This document shows, piece after piece, positions 50,438-61,446 of a stretch of DNA of 64,000 bases. A program made the position numbers and the translations under genes. The DNA comes from Novakomyces olei. Taxonomy: Eukaryota. Every line of letters begins with the position of its first letter. Position 1 is the first letter of the stretch. The notes under the pieces are model-generated. The model saw only the letters and a list, made by a program, of their open reading frames with translations, searched no databases and was not told the DNA's origin. The stretch is taken from positions 186,001 through 250,000 of the forward strand of contig JADEYG010000001.1 in the NCBI GenBank assembly GCA_016906335.1. The letters run 5' to 3'.

Positions 50438-51800
50438 CTAGTACTTCCTGGTTTTCGTTTCGTGCGAATTGAAATTGCGCGGAAGAAAATGCATTTCTTT
50501 GGGCAAGCATTCCACTGGACTCGCGCTAAAGTAAGTTGAGCGGAGTGCCTGCCCGGCTGTTATCCTCCGGCGCGGATCATATGTCAAAAAGGATTGTAAC
50601 AGATGTACAGCCGCTTCACCATAGGAGCGGAATTTCTTTTCCAAAAGGCTGCTTCGCCGGTTAAAGTTTAATTGTAAGGAACGGCTCCCTGGTAGTAAAT
50701 GAAACCCCGGCCAAATTCCCTCGTGGGGGGCACCAAGTAAAGATGCTATTAAATCAAACTCTTCCCGTTCATTGTCTCCTGGAAATAAAGGATTGCCGGT
50801 CAGTAGCTCCGCCATGGCACAGCCCAAACTCCACATATCGCAAGAACAATCGTACTGATCTGAATCAAGTAACAGTTCCGGCGATCGGTACCAAATTGTG
50901 ACGACGCGAGGCGTCATTCTTTCCTGACCTGCTGTGGGAAACGAACGCGCCATACCAAAATCCGCTAAGACATTTAGAGTCAGGACATTAAATAATTTAA
51001 ATTGCCAAAAATTGATTATGCCAAGAGATTAGAAAAGTCCGTACCAATCTTCAAAGTGCCGTCCATTGTTATTAAAAGGTTTGACATTTTTAAATCGCTA
51101 GAAAATAGTCAACAATACAAGAACAAGATGTACGGGAGAAAACTATACCGATGCACGACTTTATTTTCGTGCAGATATGCTGTACCCAGCAAAAGTTGCT
51201 TCAATAGACATTTTGCTGACGCTCAGTATACACACACAGTTTTCTTGTACCTTCTGAAGCTGTAAACCGGACACGTTCATCATCGAGCAACCGACCCAGA
51301 TCCTATCGGTTTAGTGCATGTGTGCATTCATGCATGACACATACCTGGTAACACCATTCCATAACAAGAGCAATTTCGTCAAGCGACCGGCCACACGCGA
51401 CTTGGGACACGTGCACGATATTCGGGTGTTTAAGAGAACGTAGCAATGAAACTTCCCGAATTGACGTCATAGATATGCCGTTACCACGGCTTTGATCGTG
51501 CGTAGGGATCCTCAGCGCCTTCAGAGCAATAACATTTCCCGATTTTTGCATACGCGCCCGGCTATTTCAGATTCAAAGATCAGAATTGGAATAGGAGTAA
51601 ACGAAATTACTAGACGACACCGTAGGCTAATTAATGCGAGTTTAGTAATTCAATCTAAATGATGTATGACTTTACGTACTGCCTTCGCCTACAACACGCT
51701 TGTCGTAAAAATCGGCGTCCAAATCCAGATTTCCGACTAGAATAGGCTGATCGGATAAGGCACGACGCTCTCCCGTAACAGAGACCATCGTTTGCGCCAT
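50438..51800 (-). CDS. CDK10/CDK11-family cyclin-dependent kinase (multi-intron, with a 16-nt micro-exon at 51611-51626)
   Basis: VGEGT/YGVV/YRAR, GISMTSIRE, WCYQDL, HRDLKMSN, DFGMAR, MTPRVVTIWYRSPELLL. Confidence 0.9.
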
Positions 51801-51988
51801 CACATCAAGCGTATCCTTTACCAACGCCGTATTTCCTCCAGGATACACGTCCTCCCAATATACTGTATATTTTGCATACTTTATTGATATATGCGAGTTA
51901 TATTATATATATTAATAAGAAAAAAAAATAGATAGTTTTAAAATATCATTAGCATTATATAATATAGAGCTGCTGCTGCAAAGACGGT

Positions 51989-52602
51989 ATGGCAAAGACA
52001 CTTAGCGAGAACGTTGGCGAAACAGCAAAAGAGATTAGCGGGGACGATAGGAAAGTTTCGCTCAGTGACATATCTAGCTATAGCGATTTACAAAAAGCTT
52101 GGGCGCGTTCGCCACTTGGCGCGTGGGCTGCCGCCTCGACGTGTAAGTGTCTTGTGCAGTGCATACACGCTTTACGCTAAACTTTAAAGTATTTCTTGGT
52201 TTACCGCGCTCGTTGGTTCCGAGTCTACGTACACCAAGCCAGCCATCGTTTGCGTCTGCGCTTTGCTTTTCTGCAATTTTTGGAGGATCTGGGTAAGGTA
52301 GCGCTAGCTTGCTCACGGTTGTGCTAATGTGATTCTAAAGTTATTTGACGGCCACTGGAGGTAAGGCATGATTATCCATAGTGAAGACTTATGCCACAGA
52401 TTATGAAAATGGCTCAGGTCTAATGTCGGGTATGCCGTATTCTCGGTTTGAGCAACCGCTAATGTAGACAGCCTGGTCAGCGGCATACTTGCTCGTGCAC
52501 GGGAAAAGTGCCGTGAAAGCGTTGAAACCGGTCCCGTTAGCCATGGCGGCGTTAAGTGCGGCTAATGCGACGATGTACGGCCAAGACTACTTTGGATACT
52601 AG
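51989..52602 (+). CDS. AIM19: Aim19-like small mitochondrial membrane protein (multi-intron)
   Basis: Spliced product ...FSAIFGGSG/YLTATG/DYENGSGLMS/AWSAAYLLVHGK..KPVPLAMAALSAANATMYG; GT-AG introns. Confidence 0.65.
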
Positions 52603-52752
52603 GTGCGTTTCGTAGTTACGCCTTGGGCTGTATTGCCTGGAAGGAATGAATAATTATTTAATCAATTACCTTTTGAAGGGTTTGCTGTGCTCATAAACGG
52701 GAAAAGAAATAGAATAGCTCATCAATAGTAAATTACATAAAATGTCGTATGG

Positions 52753-53073
52753 TCATTGCTCTTTTTTCGCCGTGTCGTTGTCACTAGATTCAGTCATCGC
52801 CGCGTAAACCCAACCTCCTAAAACAATATTTGCCACCAACGCAGCAAATATAGCGGCATGCGTTGTCTGGTAAGCTAAGCTTGTCAGCAATCTTCACTTT
52901 TTGGAGTATCGAGAAATATTACGTTCAAACAATAGGGCTAAAGAAGCAAAATAGCATCCGATTGGTAAGACTATCATTGCAATCGTGAACGAGAAAACTT
53001 TGAAAAGAACAGAGGGCGGAACATTAATGCTTTGCCGTGTTTCCACACCGCTGTCTTTGGCCGTCGTATCCAT
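52753..53073 (-). CDS. VMA21: V-ATPase assembly factor Vma21 (1 intron)
   Basis: VPPSVLFKVFSFTIAMIVLPIGCYF...AAIFAALVANIVLGGWVYAAM, C-terminal KKEQ* dilysine ER-retrieval signal. Confidence 0.88.
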
Positions 53074-53338
53074 TAGATCGAATATGAAACTCGACTCGAG
53101 CGCCAAAATACCGTTTGCCCCACGCGCAATATTTCAAATCTTTATGATGCGTCTTTTTGTATATACGAATATATATTGCTTGCCGGATTCTGACATGTAT
53201 TATTGTGCATTTATGATTTCCAGCGATTTATGCTCTACAATATGAAATGTATTGGGAAATGCAAAGTAAATAAAGCCAGCGTGTCATTTGTATAGCAAGC
53301 TGTACAATTATATTTTACTATAGAAATTAATGAATATA

Positions 53339-53339
<1 letters not shown>

Positions 53340-53401
<62 letters not shown>

Positions 53402-53403
53402 AT
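53340..53403. repeat. (TAAA)n microsatellite at the inner edge of the right-arm core
   Basis: Directly visible; the left arm has (GGATTT)n plus a short (ATTT)n at the equivalent position. Confidence 0.9.
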
Positions 53404-53673
53404 CCAAATCAACTTGCTTACTCGTGACGGATCCGCCGAGACTTTTGGCCCAAAGCCGTGCAAAGTCGCTCGTAGTTGACTTTTCCGCGGCATTTTCCCT
53501 CATACGTCAATGTTTTAAAAGATATCTTGCGACTTTGTGCAACACGTTAGAGAAGACATTCCAATGTGGCGCGGCAAATTGTGAACTTAAGGGTTAAGGT
53601 GCTCTAGGACTTGGCAAGATTGAAATGTCTTTTCATCTAGAACTTATCCGCCTCAATTACTGCATTATAGTTG

Positions 53674-53704
<31 letters not shown>

Positions 53705-55864
53705 TTCTGTTTTTTTTTGTCATTTTTTGATTATGCTTCTATTTTTGCTTTTTATTGTTTTTGGTCTCAGGAGTCAATGTTATTTGCGGGCGCGAATTTA
53801 TATTTGCAGTTTCACAAAGATTCAGTTTGAGCCTCCACGTTATATCAGGCTTAGATTGAGCTTATCTAAATGCTTACTCTATGAAACATTACCTCTTCCT
53901 CGTAACTTATTGACTTGTTTTCTGTGTTCTCTTAATTTCAAACATTTTTTTCTCAATATTTTTATTTTCACGGCCATTTTTAATGTTCTAAATACTAGGC
54001 TTTCAACTCTATTTATTGCCAGTAATGTCCTTTTTCTGTTGTCACTTTCTTACCTTTGAAAGGTCTTGGTTTGACTGAGGTCCCGATTCAAACTCTCGGC
54101 CTGTATTTAGCCTTTTATAATGCTGTTTGCTATAATTGGGCAATACTTCGCAACAGTCAGTCTTCGTGCCCCCTGGGTATATTTGAATTTGCAGAACGTT
54201 TTCAGATTTTTGAGAAAATTTTCAAAAAGAAATCTTAAGATGTTATGGTTATCAAAATTTTACTTTAATCAGAAGGAAAGCTTTGTTTTTGTTGTAGCTT
54301 GCTGAATGCTCTGATATATTTTCATTGACAATAACATACGGTTGACTTTCTGGATATACATTGTATATGTCGTTTAGCGTCATTGTTGTAAAATCTCGAT
54401 TCAACATATATATGCTTTGCTAATGGCTCTCGCGAAAGATAAGCGAAAATAATGTACTCATAGGCATTCAGAAATTGTTCTTTTTTGAAAGCCGTGATTT
54501 CAGAACACCAATGCAATTACTGCTGATTTGTAACAGAGATAGACGACGAAGTTGGCTTGCTTTTCACGCTCAAAGAATAGATTAGAAGGGTAATGGCTTG
54601 AAACTGCTTTCTAGACCAGGTTGTTCTCTTTCTTCTGTCTTGTGTTGTACCTTGCTGTAAGTGTTCTGGTTTTATGCCGCCTGTATGTGGGCTTTTTGGG
54701 ATGCGCCCTTGGAACAAAGCGTAAATTCCAGCGGAAATTCTAGATTGTATGCTGCAAACGAACATTGAAGCAGTGCACGTGTCTACTGATTTGAGCAGCA
54801 CTTTTAATAAGGGCGGCACTATGCAATGGAGAGGCCGTGCTGGCGTCGTCATTGACCTGGCCCAGGACGAGTACCTGTTTAGTCGTTGGGCTTCCAGGAT
54901 TGCTACTTTTTGGCTAGATTACACAAAGCCCGTTATTTGCTTGAATGCACTTGAAGATGTGCAGTATGCGATCCATTGAGGCGCCTCGTACATGCAGAAC
55001 GCTTTGGGGACTTCAGTTATGCATGTATGCTTGGCTCTTGATGTCGAGGCGAACCACGGAGCAACTACGGAGCAACGGAAGGTAAGAAGGTGTTTACAAT
55101 GTTAAGCCCGTGACGCGTGACGTAATTAATTGTATTGATTGTTTATTTGATTATTTTGGGCAAAGACTTATTGTCGAGTACTAAGCAACAGGTGGACAGA
55201 GGCGGACAAACTTGATTATCGTATTTTGTGTTGCTACTTTTTGGACAGCAGATAATATAGAAAGATGTGTTGAAATCAAATCTATCGTATAGCGACGATA
55301 TATGTGTCCAACAGACGGGAATTTTCCCGCCTTATTGTCTTTTGGAGGCCTGATACTTCGTGCCATCTGCATCATCCACAGACAATAAAGTCCGAATTGG
55401 CCCGGCCCCCAGCGTAACTTAGGCAGATGATATTTGGCAGAAAAGCATGGTTTAGGGCTTATGACACTTATACGGTAGCGTTGCTATGACGACTGAAACG
55501 GGAAACGTATTCTTGAAAACCGCGTTATCCACCACGTATGTGTCAAGGGTTTTCTCTCTGGCGTAAAATATATAAAGCGGCTGCTTTCGCGTACTTCTTC
55601 CTGACCAAAAACAAAGCAGAGGGCCACAATAACCTCGAGTTATCACGACTCTAAAGAGGGCGTTTCACAGCATGACGCGTCTATAAAACGCTTTCAATAT
55701 CTTTCTTTCTACTTCAAGTCTTTAACTCACGGCTGTGTGTAAAAGTCGACTTCTGAACGCGTTTTTTTCTTTTTCTTTCACTATTTTACGCGTTGATCAC
55801 TTTGAATTTTCTTTACCTTTATGCCTCTTTTTCATTTTATCTCAAATTGTCGGGTGTTCCTTTA

Positions 55865-56765
55865 GTTTGATCAGTGTTCTATATGATGCTGTGTATTTCA
55901 TGCTAGTTTCACCTCCATAGCCTCACGTGACCGCGTTTTGTCTGCTTATTTCATGTTTTCGACCTTACCGTGACTCTATGATGCTTGCTTACATGAAAAT
56001 TTGAGAAACTGGGCTCCTTGAAATCGCTGTTATGAGACTGCTTTGCTACTGGTTGCTTAACAGTTTTGTTTGCTTGTTTCTCGTTTCTTTGATCGGATCT
56101 GTGCTCTCTATGATGCTGTGTATTTAAATCATGCTAGTTTCACCTCCATAGCCTCACGTGACCACGTTTTGTCTGCTTAGTTCATGTTTTCAACCTTACC
56201 GTCGGTGGCTCTATGATGCTTGCTTACATGAAAATTTGAGAAACTGGGCTCCTTGAAATCGCTGTTATGAGTCTGCTTTGCTACTGGTTGCTTAACAGTT
56301 TTATTTGCTTGTTTCTCGTTTCTTTGATCGGATCTGTGCTCTCTATGATGCTGTGTATTTAAATCATGCTAGTTTCACCTCCATAGCCTCACGTGACCAC
56401 GTTTTGTCTGCTTAGTTCATGTTTTCAACCTTACCGTCGGTGGCTCTATGATGCTTGCTTACATGAAAATTTGAGAAACTGGGCTCCTTGAAATCGCTGT
56501 TATGAGTCTGCTTTGCTACTGGTTGCTTAACAGTTTTATTTGCTTGTTTCTCGTTTCTTTGATCGGATCTGTGCTCTCTATGATGCTGTGTATTTAAATC
56601 ATGCTAGTTTCACCTCCATAGCCTCACGTGACCACGTTTTGTCTGCTTAGTTCATGTTTTCAACCTTACCGTCGGTGGCTCTATGATGCTTGCTTACATG
56701 AAAATTTGAGAAACTGGGCTCCTTGAAATCGCTGTTATGAGTCTGCTTTGCTATTGGTTGCTTGA
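55865..56765 (-). repeat. 235-bp tandem repeat, ~3.8 copies (right arm)
   Basis: Paired coordinates sum to 94433 on one side of the array and 94668 on the other, a shift of exactly one extra 235-bp unit. Confidence 0.95.
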
Positions 56766-57179
56766 TTTGCTTGCTTGGTTTTTGTCGCTTTGTCGATTTG
56801 TGGCTTGACCAAAGCCAACCGAGCTGATAAATGGTGTATTGTGCCATGATATGCTGGTTTTCTTTCTTTCTTTCTTTCTTTCTTTCTCTCTTTGTCTTTT
56901 AAGAACACCAAAAGGTTTGGGTCAAGGATGGTTTTTATCAGAATCATGCGAATGCTGGCTTTGATGCCATTGCCTTGCAGCGACCAAAACGGTAAGTTTC
57001 CTATGACTAACAAAAATAGAAGAAAAAAACAAAAAGCAACGAATGTCTGAATATAAAAATCAAGCCGAAAAGGCAAAACACAAAAAACACAAAAAAAACA
57101 ACAACAGAACAATATAACAATATAAACAAAAAAACAAGAAAGCTAAAAAAGCAAAAGAAGCGACAAAACGAAATCGCAA

Positions 57180-58440
57180 AAATGCGGAAAAATAAAAAAG
57201 TGCAAAGAAAGCAAAGAAAGCAAAAAACTATAAAAGCAAAGGAGCGAAAAAGAAGATTAGCAAAAAAGCAAAGAACCAAAAAAGCAATGCAAAATAGCAA
57301 AGAAGCTGAAAAGCAAAAAAGCAAAGAAGCAAAATAACAAAGAAGCAAAATAACAAAGAAGCAAAATAACAAAGAAGCAAAATAACAAAGAAGCAAAGAA
57401 TCTAAAAAGCAAAAAAGCAAAGAAGCAAAAAGAAGAACTAAAACATAAAGGGAACAGGGGGACCAAAAACACAAAGAACCAAAATGAAATAGCAAAGAAA
57501 GAACCAAAAAAGCAAACAAGCAAACAAGCAGAAGAGCAAAGAAAGAAAAAAAGCAAAACAACAAAGAAGCAAAATAACAAAGAAGCTAAAAAGCAATAAA
57601 AGCAAAAAAGCAAAAAAGAAAAGAAAGCAAAGAAGCAAAGAAGCCAAAGAGCAAAGAAAGCAAAAAACTATAAAAGCAAAGAAGCAAAAAAGAAGATTAG
57701 CAAAAAAGCAAAAAAGCAAAAAAGCAAAAAAGCAAAAAAGCAAAAAAGCAAAAAAGCAAAAAAGCAAAAAAGCAAAAAAGCAAAAAAGCAAAAAAGCAAA
57801 AAAGCAGAAGAGCAAAGAAAGAAAAAAAGCAAAATAACAAAGAAGCTAAATAACAAAGAAGCTAAAAAGCAATAAAAGCAAAAAAGCAAAAAAGCAAACA
57901 AGCAGAAGAGCAAAGAAAGAAAAAAAGCAGAAGAGCAAAGAAAGAAAAAAAGCAAAAAAGCAAAAAAGCAGAAGAGCAAAGAAAGAAAAAAAGCAAAATA
58001 ACAAAGAAGCTAAATAACAAAGAAGCTAAAAAGCAATAAAAGCAAAAAAGCAAAAAAGCAAAAAAGCAAAAAAGCAATACAAAATAACAAAAAAGCAAAG
58101 AAGCAAAAAAGCAATGCAAAATAGCAAAAAAGCAAAAAAGCAAAAAAGCAAAAAAGCAAAAAAGCAAAAAAGCAAAAAAGCAAAAAAGCAAAAAAGCAAA
58201 AAAGCAAAAAAGCAAAAAAGCAAAAAAGCAAAAAAGCAAAAAAGCAAAAAAGCAAAAAAGCAAAAAAGCAAAAAAGCAAAGAAGCGACAAAAGAAAAAAA
58301 GTAAAGAAGCGAAAAAGAGAAAAATCAAAGAAGTATAAAATAGAACTAAAACTAAAGGGAACACGGGGATTAAAAACACAAAGAACCAAAATGAAGTAGC
58401 AAAGAAAGAACCAAAAAGGTAAAAATGCAAAAAAAACTCT
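57180..58440. repeat. A-rich complex satellite (GCAAAAAA/GCAAAGAA)n, the shorter counterpart of 33430-37460
   Basis: Reverse complement of the left-arm satellite modules. Confidence 0.93.
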
Positions 58441-58480
58441 AACAAACTAAAAACTAGAAAACAAAGAAGAACAAAAAAAA

Positions 58481-58825
58481 CAAAATCAACAAAATCAACA
58501 AAATCAACAAAATCAACAAAATCAACAAAATCATCAAAATCATCAAAATCATCAAAATCATCAAAATCAACAAAATCAACAAAATCATCAAAATCAACAA
58601 AATCAACAAAATCAACAAAATCAACAAAATCATCAAAATCGACAAAATCAACAAAATCAACAAAATCAACAAAATCAACAAAATCAACAAAATCATCAAA
58701 ATCATCAAAATCATCAAAATCATCAAAATCAACAAAATCAACAAAATCAACAAAATCAACAAAATCAACAAAATCGACAAAATCAACAAAATCAACAAAA
58801 TCAACAAAATCAACAAAATCAACAA
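58481..58825. repeat. (AAAATCAWC)n 9-bp tandem array, ~38 units
   Basis: Directly visible; the left arm has only ~2-3 units at ~33296-33320. Confidence 0.95.
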
Positions 58826-60290
58826 CAAAAAAAATAAAAACAAAGAAACCAGATTGTCTGAATAACAAAACAAAACCAAAACGCAAAAGTATAAACGAAA
58901 CAAAAAACCCAACAAAAACTAAAATTACTGAATTTCTTAATAAAGAAACTCAACTAAACTGAATTAAAATAAAATAAAACCAAAAGAAACAAAAACAACT
59001 GGATGTCTGATTTACAAAGCAAAATAAAAACCAAAAAATTAAAATAAAAACAAAAACAAAATTGAAAAGCAACAAAAGGTAACGAATGTCTGTCTGATTT
59101 TACAAGAGAAAGAACTGGATGTCCGAATTACAAAAAAGTTACTGGGAGGTTTTGGTTAACAAATTGTTTTCTTGTGATCCTGCGGATGCTCGCTTCGATG
59201 CCATTCCTGTTTCAGGTGGCGAAATTGGTATGTTTTTTTTTATTAAAAAGACAAATAAAAAAGGATTATGCCTGTAGAAAAAAGACGAGAATCCCACACA
59301 TTGAAAGAACATTGCTTCAACGAAATCCAAAAACAAATTCAGGCAAACTACAGTTCGTAAAGACGCATTCTTTCGCTGGCGTTGTGTTGTTGTTTTATTT
59401 TGTTTTATTTTTTATTTTTAATTTTTAATTTTTGGTTTCAGTTCTTATTTTACTTCTTGAGATTTTTTTTTTTTAATCCCATGCTTCTAGCCTTGTGCAT
59501 ATGGTACTTCCAGCTGTGTTTTTTCTTTTTTTTTTTTTTGTTTTGGATTTTTCTTCACGATTTTGTTTCTTTGTTGATTTGTTTCTTTAAAATATACAAG
59601 GTAGGTCAGCGGTGACATTTGTCGATCATCGCTGGCCGGGGGAGTGTTGTAACCAAACACCCCTCTCACTAGAAAAGTTGCAAACTGGCCAACTTTTCTG
59701 GAGAGAGCGATTTTTGGTTACTCTGAAGGCACTAAAAACAAGAAATCGTTAGAAATAATGGTTTTTCTATCTTCTTTCTTGTGCTTGTTTATTTGGCTTG
59801 CTCTTGTATTTCTGTTTCTAAAATGGGCTTTGATACAAAGGTATTAGTGCAAGCTTAGCCAAATTCAGATATCGATGGATATCCAGAAAGCAGAAAGCTT
59901 AACTAAAAGCATTGTCTACTCGCTTGTTACTCTACGCTTGTTAATCTGCGATTTGGTCCTCTTGAAAATGAAAATTAATAACCGAGCAATGAATGCTATT
60001 TTTGGCAACGTTGCTGCTTTTGCTAAAGAGTCATATGACTCAGAGTGAAGATTTCTACGCAAACTAACAAACAAAAAACAAAAAACACTGAAAGTCTGAA
60101 TAACAAAACAAACAAAACGAAAACACAAGAAACCAAATGCATGAACTAAAAAACTAAAAAGACAAAAAAATAGTAACAAATGCCTGGATAGAAAACCAAA
60201 CAAAAGGAACACAAAAACCCAAAAAACCCTGACGTGGATTATTATTGTTTATTCACTTCATGATTCAATCTCCAGTGCTTTATACAATAT

Positions 60291-60510
60291 ATTATATTAT
60301 ATTATATTATATTATATTATATTATATTATATTATATTATATTATATTATATTATATTATATTATATTATATTATATTATATTATATTATATTATATTAT
60401 ATTATATTATATTATATTATATTATATTATATTATATTATATTATATTATATTATATTATATTATATTATATTATATTATATTATATTATATTATATTAT
60501 ATTATTATAT
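60291..60510. repeat. (ATTAT)n 5-bp microsatellite, >40 units
   Basis: Directly visible. Confidence 0.97.
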
Positions 60511-60629
60511 TCACAAAACATATCGAAACCTGCCGACTTTGCACGATCTGTGCGTAGAGTAATGTGCGAATTTAAGTAAAGCGTATCCTAAATTAACCTC
60601 TGTCTACCACCAGTCTGGCATGTGCTGGC

Positions 60630-61446
60630 ATGGATTCTATGGTATAAACTAACACCTTTGCTGCCTTTCTAACTCGATATCCAGATATGTATAGCGCATT
60701 TTTGTGAGGTTCATGGCCCTGTTGTGGTGATGACTACGCAATGCGTACAGTCATCATCACCAAAGTCTAACGTGGCAGAGCAGATTGCAGGAGAGAACGA
60801 TACGTCAGTTTCCTCGCCACTGCAGGAGATAAGCCCTCCTGGCTCATGTGCCTCATGCTCCATTTCACTCCCCAAACATTTACGCTCAAATTTTGCTCCT
60901 GTAATGACCACAGACAGCGGTAATGGCTATGTGTGCATAAGTGCACGACATCCTCAGTCTCAGGCGCGCTTTGCCGCTCTAAGGCAAAGCTGTGTGAGGG
61001 CTTTAAATTGCGAAATAATTCCAAAACGTGAAGGCCCTTTGTTTTTTTCGGACCGTGATATTGGTTATGCCACTGCCTACGTTTTCAGTTTGCAGGATAA
61101 ATCTGCCCGTGGCGGTACTCGTAATTATGCTCTGCTTTGTCTCAATCAAGATCCTCTGGCGGCTCTCGCTACTTGGGAAGATACGATTCAACGATTCGAA
61201 AATGTTGCTTTGCATTTGATTGCTGCAAATCAGCGTCAACAGCGTGGAGCGGACATAGAGCATCAGAGACCCACCAGTCCTGGAATTCAGATTAAAGCTC
61301 GCTCACCGGAAGGGTTTTTACGTAAACGCGATGATGTTGGGGTAGCAAAAAATCTGGCAGAGCTTACGTCTCTTTCTGACGTGTATTTACAAGTGCATGT
61401 AGGGTTCTCCTGGCTCTTGTCACTTTGGCAGGATTCTAGCCGCTAG
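60630..61446 (+). CDS. LST7: Folliculin / Lst7 family protein (1 intron near the start)
   Basis: MDSM/ICIAHFCEVHGPVVVMTTQ, CASC, LRQSCVRALNCE, GPLFF.D, F.LQDKSARGGTRNY, KNLAELT, VHVGFSWLL. Confidence 0.9.

Larger units (their letters stand above)
53245..60062 (-). repeat. Right arm of the large inverted repeat (partner 30597-41173)
   Basis: Reverse complement of the left arm; near-identical over ~53402-57330, diverged outside that span. Confidence 0.97.

Noticed and set aside
41174-53244. S. pombe- or Komagataella-type centromere core between inverted repeats
   Set aside because: The interval is densely packed with intact genes, unlike known central cores. A centromeric role for the arms themselves cannot be excluded without CENP-A data.
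41174-53244. Mating-type locus
   Set aside because: No homeodomain, alpha-box or MATA-HMG gene inside or beside the arms; the only HMG gene is NHP6, 30 kb away.
59604-59725. Telomerase RNA or spliceosomal snRNA assignment for the hairpin/Sm-like module
   Set aside because: No CCCTAA template on that strand nearby and no U1/U2/U4/U5 hallmark sequences recognised; kept only as an unassigned structure.
30597-60062. LTR retrotransposon or intact DNA transposon/Starship carrying cargo
   Set aside because: The repeats are inverted rather than direct, no gag/RT/integrase/transposase/tyrosine recombinase ORF or TSD was seen, and the enclosed genes are core housekeeping genes.
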